Source: a virus
Lineage: Duplodnaviria; Caudoviricetes
IMG/VR virus record: IMGVR_UViG_3300030329_003629
Coordinates: 1 to 53,444 of that record
DNA length: 53,444 nt
Direction: 5' to 3' (one strand)
The position numbers and the translations under genes were made by a program. The notes beneath the pieces are model-generated. The model worked only from the letters and a program-made list of their open reading frames with translations. It was not told where the DNA came from and made no database searches. Shown piece after piece: positions 17,049-27,330 of this stretch (the stretch's first letter is position 1; every line of letters begins with the position of its first letter).

Positions 17049-20000
17049 TTAACATGTTCCTGCTCCTACTACTATTCCATTTGTTCCTACCTCTACCCAA
17101 TTTTTAGTTGTTGCCGGCTGATTTGGATCTACAATATAGAATCCTGGTGGCATAAGTTGTCCTGGATCACATGTTGTATTTGCAAAACATATCTCCCCTA
17201 TCTCCGGGATAAGTCCCAGAACGGCAGACCCACTAAATGAACCTACTTGATTTCCTGGAGAATTTGTATCTGTATTACATACAAATGCCGCATTAGATTG
17301 AGCCGGTCCAAAATAAGTCGTAGCACATCCCGTGTTACAACCACAGCACGCATCTGTTGCACTTGTAGTTGAGAAGCATAATTGGCTACTTGTAATTTCT
17401 CTTAAATCCCAAACTAAATATAAATAATCATTAGCCTGTGGAAAAGCTCCTGCCGTAAGAGTGAATGTTGCTTGCTCCGACCCCGGTGCTCCCGAAATAG
17501 GTCCTAACACTTCTAAATCTGGATCCGCTAATAACAAATCCATATCTGCGGGTGTGTCTGCATACAAAGTATCACTTGATAAAAGTAAAAATCTATCGGA
17601 GAGAGGGTCAAATACAAAATCGTCAAACCCTTGTTTTAATGCTTTCATTGTAATAACAGTAGTAGGAGAAGCATAAGGAAACATCCCTACCGATCTTACT
17701 CCTGTTTGAGAAATATATTCCGAAGGAGTACTGGTTCCTAAAGAAGCCAAACTATTAAGTTGGGGAGATATAGTAGCTCCATCAGTCCACTCATATTCAA
17801 AATGAATAAATTCTCCAGCAGAACTTTGGGAGTTTAATACTATACGTATTATAGTTACAGAAAGAGTCGTTGGACATTGAACAGTTATATCATAAGTAGC
17901 AGGTCCGTTAGTAGGGACATCATCCGGAGTAATAGTGATAGTAAGATCGTTAGGAGTATTAGCTGTTTTATCGACAGTGGTTGAACCCGAAGCACTGACT
18001 CCTACTTCATTTACGGTAACGGCTCCCCACACTATCTCAATATCTACCACTCCTGTGGTTATAATATAATCTACCTCTATCTCTCCTACTGCATCTCCTA
18101 TATTAACCGTATAAGTTAATACATTACTGGTATTATTTTGACTCACCGTAGTACCACATGGTGTTCCTATTATAGGAAAAGGAATCTCATTAGTATTAGT
18201 GCTTAATACATATTCATTCATATAAGGGTCAAACCCTCCTAATTTTTGAGTTAATAACTGTTCGGCAAATTGATCTCTAAACCATGAACGCATGCCAAAC
18301 TGTGAGATTACTTGAATCTGATCATTGTTCCGAGAGGTACCTCTAAGGTTTATTACCGCCCCTCTCTTACTGTCCGTAAAAAACATATCAGATCCCCATG
18401 CCACAAAACTTTCAGGATTAAAACTAATTCCATACTCTTCGATTCTTGCAATTTGAGTACCTAACACTTCTGGTACCGACGCAATAGCCCCTCCTCCTGT
18501 GGAATCGGTAATAACATTTTTACTTGCTAATACATAAGATATTCTGTCTTCTTGTAAGCATAAGATATCTGTCTCTCGAGAATGTAAAATTTGAATAGGA
18601 CCAAAGGAAGGTTCGCAATCTTTATAATTTACCAATCCTAAATTAAACTCATTTAAATTATTAGAGTTGGCTGCTCCACTAAATACCCCGCTATAAGTCA
18701 TTCCTGCAAATCTATCTGCTTCTTTATAATCTTGATTAGATACAGCTAAAGTTCTTTGCCCTAAACTAAAATATTTAGTTCCAGGAGAATCACTAATTCT
18801 AAAACTTTCTACTCCATTTCCAAAAGTAAAACAATTAGCAAAATTTAAAGTAACTTTTAAATTATTAGTAGCATCTTGACTTACATCTCCTAAGGCTACA
18901 CCTGCCTCATGATATCTTACGCCATCTATAGGATCCGTATATATATTATACATTTGAGAAGCATCATAAAATAAATTTGGATCCACCTCATCGGGTTCTG
19001 TTTCCCAAATAATTAAAGCCCCTCCTCGTATAACCTCAATATGAGTTCCTACATGTCCTGGTCTTTTATCGTAAACTGGCCCACACCGTGGAATTCCACA
19101 TCTATTTCTAAATCTTATATCTCCCGTAGCAGGATCATCATTTCCATACACATACATTTTAGTTACAAAACACTGCTCTGACAACGAATCGGCCGTCGAA
19201 TAAGGATCCCCATTATTTAAATATTGTTTTGGGGTTATTCCATTTTTACTACCTGTAGTAAAATCTGCACCATCTCCATACCACCATTTTAAAAAATTAG
19301 GATAATCTTGACTGGCAGTGAAAGTTTCATCAAATCTGTAATGTTTTGTAGAACAACTATTTCCTTTACTTCCTCTCCAATTATCAATCTTAACTCTTAT
19401 ACTTGACCCCGCTGGTAAGTCATACGGATAGTCCGTACTATTAACATTTAAATAATAACTATTAGAAAGCCAACAATCTTTAGTATTAGATTTATCACTT
19501 TTATTCCCATAATTTATAATAGCATTCTCATCCAGCTCAGTATTAAAATCAGCAGGTTTAATACACATATATAATCCCGCTGGATTTATTCCTGTAAGGT
19601 CATCGTCATCTGTAGAGAATGCCCGCACATCTAATACTTTACATGTTACATTCGTACTCATAGGGCCATTAGTATCGGCTTTAACCCTTAAATTCATTCC
19701 TGTGGTAACAATATTGGTATTATCTCCTTCTAATTTAAACCAAAAAACTGAAGAGTCTGCAGCATCTTCATAGTATAATGCTGAAAACACGGTAAAATAA
19801 TTCCCTTCACTTGGTTTAACAACAAATTTATATTTAGTAGCCCAGTATGGAGGTAAGTTTTGTAATACAACTTGTATTTCGTTTTTATCTCTTGAATTTT
19901 CAGGCTTAATATATACAGTATTATTATTACTTACTAATACAGTAGATGCCCTTCCATAGTCATCCATATATACTATCCCTGTCTCATAATCTCTATTACT

Positions 20001-21860
20001 ATGTAAACTATAAGTATCGGCTGTTAAAAGATATCCTGCAGTACTACTATAATCAATAAAATTAAAAAACTCAAATTGTTCAGAAGGCCCATTAGTTGAA
20101 TAAAATCTTACTGCTGGGACCTGAATAGAAAACCCTGTACCAGTGCCAGTATACTTAAATCCTTGAGGAGTACATACTGCGGTAGCCGCAGGTCCTGGGG
20201 TAGTACAACCCGAATCAACAGAGCTATTTATAAATTCTAAAGTTGTCGTAGGAGGAGCTATAATATGTCTATTAAACTTATCGGTTGCCGTTCCTCCATC
20301 CCCTGAGTTGTTAACAGGAATTATATCTTGAGCCGGAGGGAAAGTACTGGCAACCCTATCCTGAAAGGCTGCCGAACTCGTCATATCCCCTATAGTAGCA
20401 TAGGTAGTCGCAGCTGTAAATTGCCAGTTTACAGAAAATGGCGAAGTTTGTTGGAAGGTATCGTCGGTATCCGGACCATCTACTATAGGGTTATCCCCAC
20501 CCGTTACTTGAGAACTTGGAGCTGACTGTATAACCGCATCAAAAGATATGGTAAATCCAGGCTCTATAGGGGTTTCTACATCTGATAAATCGAAGGTTAG
20601 TTGGCAATCATCAACAGTAACAGCTCCTCCCGGCTGCCCAATATTATAAGCAATCCCACTACCCGATACAGGAGCTGGTAATTCTATCCCCGTTATTTCT
20701 TTATAAATAGGATCAGTTCGATAATTAATAGGAATCTTTTGACCATTAGCATTCGTTATATCATAACCATCTATATAATTACCGTATATTAAGCGATTAC
20801 CTTGAATAGTCTGAGCTTTAGCAACTCGAGGTACATTATCATACTGCCTTAATAATTCATCCGACCCTAAAGTAGTATAAATTTTACTATTACTAAAATT
20901 TAATGTTTGTTGGTTTTCATCAGCCCACCCTAAGTCCGCTTTATTATATCTTTCAATAATATAAACAACATTCGAGCCACTTTCTTTATAAAGAAGATCT
21001 ATTTCGGTGACTAATCGAGAACCGGTAGAAAATTCTATAGTAGCTCCATTATACCTATTTTTCATACCCTCATTTGTAAAAGTGGATAAATCAAATTTAA
21101 AAGGTCCAGGCTGAAAAGAAGGTTGAGAAAATAAAGAGGTAGCACTATACCCTCCATCTTGATATCTATATCTATAAGCAAAACACAGAAACCTTGTTTC
21201 CATATAATTTTCGTCTCCAGGAAAAACTGTGGGTGTAACCTTAGGGACAGGTAATGGGGTATAAGTCATAGAAGGGTCTTCAAACCCCGGTGGTTTTACA
21301 ATAACACTTATATCTTCCTCCTTAATACCATCTATGGCTCCAACTGGGTCGGGATAATTTCTATGTACATTTATATATCGCGGAGGATTAAAATCATCGG
21401 TAAAAAATAATTGATTTTCTATTTTACTTACTCCCGTAACTAAATATTTAGGATTAAAATTTAAAGTAGTTTTTCCCGATCCAGGCTGATCGTTTTGTAT
21501 AGAAACAACATGGTAGGTTACAACATTTGAATTACTATTAAATGATACCACCATATCTACCTTTCCGGTTGGAGAAGCTGGATTATCCGAATCATGAACA
21601 AACCAATATATTGTTTCTTCCATTCCATCTTCATATACTCCAAGACATGAAGTGGTAGCAGGATCTAAAGCTGTTCCATCAAAAGCAAGAAAAGTAACTT
21701 GAGTATTTCCTTTAGAATTTTCTACGGCTCCAATTTCTGTAGTCTCGGTAGAACCTAACCTAACATTTAAAGCATCCACATATTCTCCCAATGGAACCAA
21801 GCGTTCATCAACGCTCTTGTTCATTCTCCCCGCTATAAAATTTGCTCGTATATCTGCCAT
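17049..21860 (-). CDS. tail nozzle/stabilization protein (P22 gp10 / crAss muzzle-like)
   Basis: FIAGRMNKSVDERLVPLGEYVDALNVR, LFFTDDFNPPR, GNRLIYGNY, EYGISFNPESF, FFTDSKRGAV. Confidence 0.8.
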   Translation of the reverse strand: MADIRANFIAGRMNKSVDERLVPLGEYVDALNVRLGSTETTEIGAVENSKGNTQVTFLAFDGTALDPATTSCLGVYEDGMEETIYWFVHDSDNPASPTGKVDMVVSFNSNSNVVTYHVVSIQNDQPGSGKTTLNFNPKYLVTGVSKIENQLFFTDDFNPPRYINVHRNYPDPVGAIDGIKEEDISVIVKPPGFEDPSMTYTPLPVPKVTPTVFPGDENYMETRFLCFAYRYRYQDGGYSATSLFSQPSFQPGPFKFDLSTFTNEGMKNRYNGATIEFSTGSRLVTEIDLLYKESGSNVVYIIERYNKADLGWADENQQTLNFSNSKIYTTLGSDELLRQYDNVPRVAKAQTIQGNRLIYGNYIDGYDITNANGQKIPINYRTDPIYKEITGIELPAPVSGSGIAYNIGQPGGAVTVDDCQLTFDLSDVETPIEPGFTISFDAVIQSAPSSQVTGGDNPIVDGPDTDDTFQQTSPFSVNWQFTAATTYATIGDMTSSAAFQDRVASTFPPAQDIIPVNNSGDGGTATDKFNRHIIAPPTTTLEFINSSVDSGCTTPGPAATAVCTPQGFKYTGTGTGFSIQVPAVRFYSTNGPSEQFEFFNFIDYSSTAGYLLTADTYSLHSNRDYETGIVYMDDYGRASTVLVSNNNTVYIKPENSRDKNEIQVVLQNLPPYWATKYKFVVKPSEGNYFTVFSALYYEDAADSSVFWFKLEGDNTNIVTTGMNLRVKADTNGPMSTNVTCKVLDVRAFSTDDDDLTGINPAGLYMCIKPADFNTELDENAIINYGNKSDKSNTKDCWLSNSYYLNVNSTDYPYDLPAGSSIRVKIDNWRGSKGNSCSTKHYRFDETFTASQDYPNFLKWWYGDGADFTTGSKNGITPKQYLNNGDPYSTADSLSEQCFVTKMYVYGNDDPATGDIRFRNRCGIPRCGPVYDKRPGHVGTHIEVIRGGALIIWETEPDEVDPNLFYDASQMYNIYTDPIDGVRYHEAGVALGDVSQDATNNLKVTLNFANCFTFGNGVESFRISDSPGTKYFSLGQRTLAVSNQDYKEADRFAGMTYSGVFSGAANSNNLNEFNLGLVNYKDCEPSFGPIQILHSRETDILCLQEDRISYVLASKNVITDSTGGGAIASVPEVLGTQIARIEEYGISFNPESFVAWGSDMFFTDSKRGAVINLRGTSRNNDQIQVISQFGMRSWFRDQFAEQLLTQKLGGFDPYMNEYVLSTNTNEIPFPIIGTPCGTTVSQNNTSNVLTYTVNIGDAVGEIEVDYIITTGVVDIEIVWGAVTVNEVGVSASGSTTVDKTANTPNDLTITITPDDVPTNGPATYDITVQCPTTLSVTIIRIVLNSQSSAGEFIHFEYEWTDGATISPQLNSLASLGTSTPSEYISQTGVRSVGMFPYASPTTVITMKALKQGFDDFVFDPLSDRFLLLSSDTLYADTPADMDLLLADPDLEVLGPISGAPGSEQATFTLTAGAFPQANDYLYLVWDLREITSSQLCFSTTSATDACCGCNTGCATTYFGPAQSNAAFVCNTDTNSPGNQVGSFSGSAVLGLIPEIGEICFANTTCDPGQLMPPGFYIVDPNQPATTKNWVEVGTNGIVVGAGTC

Positions 21861-21861
21861 A

Positions 21862-22782
21862 TTATTTTATCCATTTATCCTGGCCTCTTAAATTTTGTAA
21901 GAGTCTTCCTGGGTGTATGTTACTTAATCTTAATTTGGCGTTTCTAAGAAGAGAAGATTTGTCTTTTCTCGCTCTGTTCACCACATATTCTTGTACCCCG
22001 AATCTACCATTTAAAATAGAATATCTAATATATGCATAAATAAATTCTTCAAATAACTTATTAACACTAACTAAAGAGTCATCACCTTTTTCTAATCCAT
22101 CAGAAACATACTCTAATACTACCATTGTACCAGCCATTATAGACATAAAGTTGATTACTCCCTCTTTTTTATTTATACTAAAAGTAGGGTTTTGATTTGC
22201 GGTTTCTGTATTTAAACCAAAACGATCCCCAATTCTATAATCAAAATACCAATTTCCATCTATATTCCATCCCATTTGATTATTATAAGGACCTGTTCCT
22301 ATATACATATTCTTTTGAGTTCCTTCTAATCGTTGGATATCAAAATAAGAATCGGCAGGTTTTAATACATTTCCATCTATATCAAATAATATTTTACAAT
22401 CATTATCTTGTAAGTAAGCCCCACTCCAATTGGTTTGAATATTTTCTACCATAGGGTAAAGCATACCGTTTTTTTCTTGAGAAATTCGCACCCAATTTAC
22501 AAAGTCGGGAGGTAAGACAAATCGTAATTGATCACAAATTTGTAGTTCTAATATTTTTATTTCTTTCATCGCATCATAATTCAATTCTTGTATGCCACGT
22601 TTAGCATGGAACAATACTTGATAGCGATTAATATTATTAATAATCTCATGGTTTCCTTGATACATTAACATGAAATTATTTACTATATTTTCTAAAGAGA
22701 CATATTGATAGGACCCCCAATTTTTATCTTCAGGAACAATGTTTCCATTTTCGTAATATTGATAATCTGTAATATATGCCAT
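21862..22782 (-). CDS. tail ring/adaptor structural protein
   Basis: AKRGIQELNYD...LPPDFVNWVRI...LEYVSDG; synteny. Confidence 0.7.
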   Translation of the reverse strand: MAYITDYQYYENGNIVPEDKNWGSYQYVSLENIVNNFMLMYQGNHEIINNINRYQVLFHAKRGIQELNYDAMKEIKILELQICDQLRFVLPPDFVNWVRISQEKNGMLYPMVENIQTNWSGAYLQDNDCKILFDIDGNVLKPADSYFDIQRLEGTQKNMYIGTGPYNNQMGWNIDGNWYFDYRIGDRFGLNTETANQNPTFSINKKEGVINFMSIMAGTMVVLEYVSDGLEKGDDSLVSVNKLFEEFIYAYIRYSILNGRFGVQEYVVNRARKDKSSLLRNAKLRLSNIHPGRLLQNLRGQDKWIK

Positions 22783-22784
22783 AA

Positions 22785-23780
22785 TTAACTTGTTTCTTGA
22801 GTATCTAAAGTTTCTTCATTTCCTCCAAACTGATATACCATTTCTTCTCTAATTTCAATACCTATGTATTGACAAATTTTTGCAATTAATGTAGGTTCAT
22901 CTGACTCGGGTAATTCAAACTCTTGAAAGTCAGCTGCTCCAGGGTTAAACAGTGGCTCTCCTCCTACTAATGTAGTCCAGGTCCATCGTGGATCTACCGG
23001 GTATCTTATATATTGAGCCTGTATATCTCCTGCCGTACGAATAGTACTTGGATAGACAGTAACGGTATCTCCACTTACTGCATTAGGCGTTGCTAAATTT
23101 GAACTCGCCCCTCCTAAAACATATGCAGGATATGTGGTGGTAGGGTTAGTTAACATAGAATTTGTTAAATAAAATATTTTACTTTGACTTACCCGTTCCA
23201 CTTCTCTAATATTACTCTGGGAATAAATCACATACTCATCTGCAAGAGTATCAAATATATCTGCACTTATAGCAAGATCTGTAACATTAAGAACACCCGT
23301 CACATAAGCTTGTGTAAGCTGAGTAGTATTAACCACTAAACTTCCAATAGCAGGAGTAGGAGCGGAAGCTGGTATTGTAGTCCAGCCGATAGCCGCCGCA
23401 TCTTGTAGTTGATTAGTAGCCACAGTTGTAACACTTCCTGTAAATAAAGGAGTAGAATAATAAAATAATTTATTTATTAAATAATAATCTGCTGGTAATG
23501 TAAAGGTGTTAGCTGTTCCTACTTGAGCTAAAAATGCTTGAGCAGAAAAACTATCTATTACTTCTACTAATCCTTTTACAATATTAGCATACTCTGTTCC
23601 TGAACTTCTGTTATTTTCTTTATTAATCCAATGGTTATACTGATAAAAATAATCTTCAAACATATCGGTTTGGGCCTGCTTGGCATAAAGATTAAAATCT
23701 TGCGGAGATATATATCCATAATTGTTTTTATTAGCAATGGCTAATACTGTATTTCTTACGTCATTTATCGATGCTGGCAT
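22785..23780 (-). CDS. tail tubular/head-tail connector protein
   Basis: ANKNNYGYISPQDFNLYAKQAQ...LPADYY...YIRYP...FELPESDE. Confidence 0.7.
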   Translation of the reverse strand: MPASINDVRNTVLAIANKNNYGYISPQDFNLYAKQAQTDMFEDYFYQYNHWINKENNRSSGTEYANIVKGLVEVIDSFSAQAFLAQVGTANTFTLPADYYLINKLFYYSTPLFTGSVTTVATNQLQDAAAIGWTTIPASAPTPAIGSLVVNTTQLTQAYVTGVLNVTDLAISADIFDTLADEYVIYSQSNIREVERVSQSKIFYLTNSMLTNPTTTYPAYVLGGASSNLATPNAVSGDTVTVYPSTIRTAGDIQAQYIRYPVDPRWTWTTLVGGEPLFNPGAADFQEFELPESDEPTLIAKICQYIGIEIREEMVYQFGGNEETLDTQETS

Positions 23781-23798
23781 ATCCCTTAAATGTTTTCA

Positions 23799-23806
23799 CA
23801 AAGATA
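23799..23806 (-). promoter_or_regulatory. -7 promoter box TATCTTTG
   Basis: Intergenic, directly after a terminator. Confidence 0.75.
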
Positions 23807-23808
23807 AT

Positions 23809-23843
23809 AAAAAAAAAGAGGTCCACTTTTTTTGTAGACCTCT
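23809..23843 (-). terminator. intrinsic terminator
   Basis: Minus strand AGAGGTCTAC-A7-GTGGACCTCT followed by a U-tract. Confidence 0.8.
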
Positions 23844-23865
23844 CTTAAATACATATTAATCTTTC

Positions 23866-24642
23866 TTATGCAAACGTGAAAGAAGTAGCCCACTGAATAC
23901 CAACTGTACCATCTGACTGTACATAAGGCATTGTCATAGACACATTAGTCCACTCACTTTCTAATACTAATTCAGCTGTTTTCTTAAACTGTGTAGAAAA
24001 CACATCAAAAGCCGCAGCCGGAGTGTCTCCTAAATTAAAAGTAAGTTTTTGATTAGTAGCTCCTCTTTTATAGTGAACAGTAACCTGACCATTAGTCGCG
24101 TTTCCTCTAATCAAAGTAGCATTATCTACTCTCACTTTTCTATTAGGACCGTCCTCTCTATCAGATAAGATAAAAAAGTCATCACCAACTATTAATCCTC
24201 CCGCTTTTTCAATAGTCAATGTAGTATCATTAACTACATCTTTAATTTTAAAGAACTGATTAGTAGTTGTATTAACAATCATATCACCTCCTCGTACATC
24301 CGTTAAGAACTCTGCTCCTGTTAAAGCTCCTGAATATACATTAGCCGCAGCTACTATCTTATAATCCACAGGTGTGGTTTCCAGAGTTGCATTTGCCTGT
24401 CCACTAATACTTAATACACTGTCACTATCAACTGCTGTAACTTTAGAAAAAGTTCGGTCAGGCGCAAAAACATAATCCCCTACAACTACATTGGTAGTAA
24501 AATTAGCTACACCTCCTGTATCGGTAAGTTTGCCAGTTGTTGCGGCAGTCGTTGTTCCACTATTTGTGTATGACACTAAAACCGCTCCAGTTGCAGTGGA
24601 GCCGTTATAAATAGGGATTTGTACTCCTACATACTTTGCCAT
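23866..24642 (-). CDS. auxiliary capsid/virion protein with inserted beta domains
   Basis: Probable start MAKYVG at 24642; ends resemble the upstream small gene (ESEWTNV vs ETSWTNV). Confidence 0.65.
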   Translation of the reverse strand: MAKYVGVQIPIYNGSTATGAVLVSYTNSGTTTAATTGKLTDTGGVANFTTNVVVGDYVFAPDRTFSKVTAVDSDSVLSISGQANATLETTPVDYKIVAAANVYSGALTGAEFLTDVRGGDMIVNTTTNQFFKIKDVVNDTTLTIEKAGGLIVGDDFFILSDREDGPNRKVRVDNATLIRGNATNGQVTVHYKRGATNQKLTFNLGDTPAAAFDVFSTQFKKTAELVLESEWTNVSMTMPYVQSDGTVGIQWATSFTFA

Positions 24643-24644
24643 AT

Positions 24645-24923
24645 CTAAGCTATAGCTATTGCAGAGATTGCCTGTGGTGGATCGTATGCTGCAACAACAT
24701 TTGTCCACGACGTCTCCAATGCCTTATCCATAGCGTTTTGAAGAGAATCTCTCATTTCGAAATCAGCAGCACCAACATTATCATGGGTAATAGTTGCTGT
24801 GTTTCCACTGTTATAAGTAATAATACTTTCTGTATCACTTGATCTTGTTATAGCGATTACATCTGAAACGCTAAGATAAAAATTTGTTTCGGCTGTTACC
24901 GGAACTGATAAAAATTTGTCCAT
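24645..24923 (-). CDS. small auxiliary capsid/virion protein
   Basis: Probable start MDKFL at 24923, downstream of the promoter box at 24954. Confidence 0.65.
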   Translation of the reverse strand: MDKFLSVPVTAETNFYLSVSDVIAITRSSDTESIITYNSGNTATITHDNVGAADFEMRDSLQNAMDKALETSWTNVVAAYDPPQAISAIAIA

Positions 24924-24953
24924 AGTTAAAAATTTTAATGGGTTAATAAAACG

Positions 24954-24961
24954 CAAAGATA
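24954..24961 (-). promoter_or_regulatory. -7 promoter box TATCTTTG
   Basis: Intergenic, directly after a terminator. Confidence 0.75.
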
Positions 24962-24964
24962 CAT

Positions 24965-24992
24965 AAAAAAAAACACCCTGTTTAAAGGGTGT
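24965..24992 (-). terminator. intrinsic terminator
   Basis: ACACCCT-6nt-AGGGTGT followed by a U-tract. Confidence 0.8.
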
Positions 24993-25000
24993 CTTTATTA

Positions 25001-25819
25001 TTAAGCTTTAGCTTTCTTTTTCTTTTTAGGTTTTTCAACCCCCGTGTTTTCTATTTCAATTGTAGGGGCCTCTCCTTTTAACTGTCTTTTTAAAAGCTTA
25101 TAAGTTTCTACTCCTTCGTCAGTTTGCATATAGGAAGCTACTATATCATAAGGGTCTTCGCCAAATGGAACTGTAAGAAATTTACTCTTATTATGAGTAA
25201 GAGAAAAATATACATCTCTTTGTTTGTTTTTTAAAGTTAATAATCCTGTACTAAAAAACTGAACCACATCATCTTGAACTTGTAATGTAGGGTCATTTAA
25301 TAAATCCATAAAAGCTATAGGTTGATTTCGAGAAAATACTAATACATCTCTTTTAAGTTCAGCGGTGCTAAGGCTATCTACATTTGCTCCTAACAAAACT
25401 CTACCTATAGTAGTTAATTTATCTAAGGATAAATCACGTGCTAAAACTTGAGCTTCAATAATAATATTTTCCATCTCCAATTCTTCAGCTGCGTCTTTAG
25501 CATTATTAATCTCTTCAAAAATAGATCCATTACCAGGATGTAAAGAGAGAAAATGTTGAAGTACTTGGTTTTGCTTAGAAACATGTAGTAACCCATCTTC
25601 AAAAATAATAGGCTCCATAATTATATTTCCATCTTGTTCATCTTCAAAAGGAGACTTTTGATTTCGAGCATAACGTAATGCTCGGTTTTCTCCTGTCTCT
25701 TCATCAAAGTGTAAAAGATTAACTCTTTTAGAATGATGAGAAGAAAGCATGTAAGCTAATGGAGATTTATTACCCGTAAGTTTGTACTGTTTGTCTGTAA
25801 ATTTATTTCTTTTTTTCAT
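25001..25819 (-). CDS. conserved protein downstream of the major capsid gene
   Basis: RALRYARNQKSPFEDEQ; synteny with MCP. Confidence 0.7.
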   Translation of the reverse strand: MKKRNKFTDKQYKLTGNKSPLAYMLSSHHSKRVNLLHFDEETGENRALRYARNQKSPFEDEQDGNIIMEPIIFEDGLLHVSKQNQVLQHFLSLHPGNGSIFEEINNAKDAAEELEMENIIIEAQVLARDLSLDKLTTIGRVLLGANVDSLSTAELKRDVLVFSRNQPIAFMDLLNDPTLQVQDDVVQFFSTGLLTLKNKQRDVYFSLTHNKSKFLTVPFGEDPYDIVASYMQTDEGVETYKLLKRQLKGEAPTIEIENTGVEKPKKKKKAKA

Positions 25820-25842
25820 TTTATTATAATTTAATTAAAGTT

Positions 25843-25871
25843 AAAAAAAAGGGGGGAAGTTAATCCCCCCT
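25843..25871 (-). terminator. intrinsic terminator after MCP
   Basis: AGGGGGGA-6nt-TCCCCCCT followed by a U-tract. Confidence 0.85.
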
Positions 25872-25884
25872 AATTAATTATTGA

Positions 25885-27309
25885 TTATGCATCTTGGAAT
25901 AAGAAGAAGTTGTTTGCACCTAAAGTACAACAAGCTCTTTCACTCAAGAAGTTAACCTGCATTGCATCTAAAGAAGATGTTCTTGCTCCACCAGCAGAAC
26001 CAGTGATCCAAGTTTTGTAACGTCTGTCTTCAGTCTCTGACGCTCTGTATCGAACGTGTAAGAATGGACGCTTTGCGTTTTTACCTAAGATTTGGTCATA
26101 TACAGATGTAGATCCCGCTGGAACTAAAAGTCCATTGATAGCTCCACCTACTATATCACCTCTCATTGTAGCATCGTTAAGATATTTCCAATCAGACTTG
26201 TAGAAGTCATAACCTCTACGGAATCCTGTGAATCCTAAGTTAAGTGCCATTTCTTCATCATTATCAAATAAACCATATGATGTACCACCCGCTCCATAAG
26301 AGTTTTGAGCCGCTAACATATCGTCAATATCAAATGAGAATTGTCTGTTACAGAAAATAACATTTTCCTCAATAGCACCTTGCTTGTCTAATCTTTGAAT
26401 AACTGAATCGAAACCAGCAAGAGTAGTTGGGTTACCACCTCCCCATACATTTCCTCTTGTACTTACTACGTAGAATACACCATCAGATCCACCCTGGCCA
26501 TCTGTACCACCGGCATTTCCAAAGTGTATTGCAGCACCCGATGCGTTTCCAGCTGGAACAGCTTCGATCATTGCAGTTTCTAAATAGTCTTCAAAACGAA
26601 GTCTTGTTTCGTGCTCAGACTTTAAATACCATAAGTATCCTGAACCACCATTCTCCGTAGAGATTTCAACCCAACCAATTTGAGCCATATCAGAACCACT
26701 TACCTCGTAAGTATCCTTAATGATAATTGGTTTGTTGTCAAAGAATACGTCATCTGCTTCTAAAGACTCCTCCATTCCTGAAGTTCCTTTTTTGAATTCA
26801 GATCCGTAAATCATTACTGTACACGCTACACCAGCAGCTACTCCTTGACCAGCTGTTTCATAATACGCTACATCAAAAGTTCCTGCAGTATAATTAACAT
26901 CTGTTACAACTGCTTTGTTACTTAAGGTAGAAGCTACAGTATTGTCAGAAATAAAAACTGTCTGACCTTTTCTGATTGCTATCTGACCTGTACCTGGTAC
27001 TAAAGCATCATTTACTGTCCACGTTGCAACATTTTGTGCTGCTGCTGCTGCTGATGTACAGTCAATATACTTAGTGTGTAACCTTCCTTGTTCAGCCCAT
27101 TTTATCATGTCTGAATTCGAAGGCATTTCAGCACCTACCATTCTTAAGAATGATGCTACTGTTCTATTACCATATCTCTCAAATTCTTTCTCATATGTAT
27201 CAGGAAGATACTGATTTAAGAAATCGAAACTGGTAATGTAGTTTGAAGGAAGGGCTACTCGTTCCGCACTTGGCTGAAGATCCCATCCTGGACTTACATT
27301 TACTCCCAT
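25885..27309 (-). CDS. major capsid protein
   Basis: 474 aa; follows portal and scaffold; WAEQGRLH, ALNLGFTGFRRG, PFLHVRYR, FLSER; codon usage typical of high expression; strong terminator downstream. Confidence 0.85.
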   Translation of the reverse strand: MGVNVSPGWDLQPSAERVALPSNYITSFDFLNQYLPDTYEKEFERYGNRTVASFLRMVGAEMPSNSDMIKWAEQGRLHTKYIDCTSAAAAAQNVATWTVNDALVPGTGQIAIRKGQTVFISDNTVASTLSNKAVVTDVNYTAGTFDVAYYETAGQGVAAGVACTVMIYGSEFKKGTSGMEESLEADDVFFDNKPIIIKDTYEVSGSDMAQIGWVEISTENGGSGYLWYLKSEHETRLRFEDYLETAMIEAVPAGNASGAAIHFGNAGGTDGQGGSDGVFYVVSTRGNVWGGGNPTTLAGFDSVIQRLDKQGAIEENVIFCNRQFSFDIDDMLAAQNSYGAGGTSYGLFDNDEEMALNLGFTGFRRGYDFYKSDWKYLNDATMRGDIVGGAINGLLVPAGSTSVYDQILGKNAKRPFLHVRYRASETEDRRYKTWITGSAGGARTSSLDAMQVNFLSERACCTLGANNFFLFQDA

Positions 27310-27330
27310 AATTTTTTAAATTTTTTTAAT

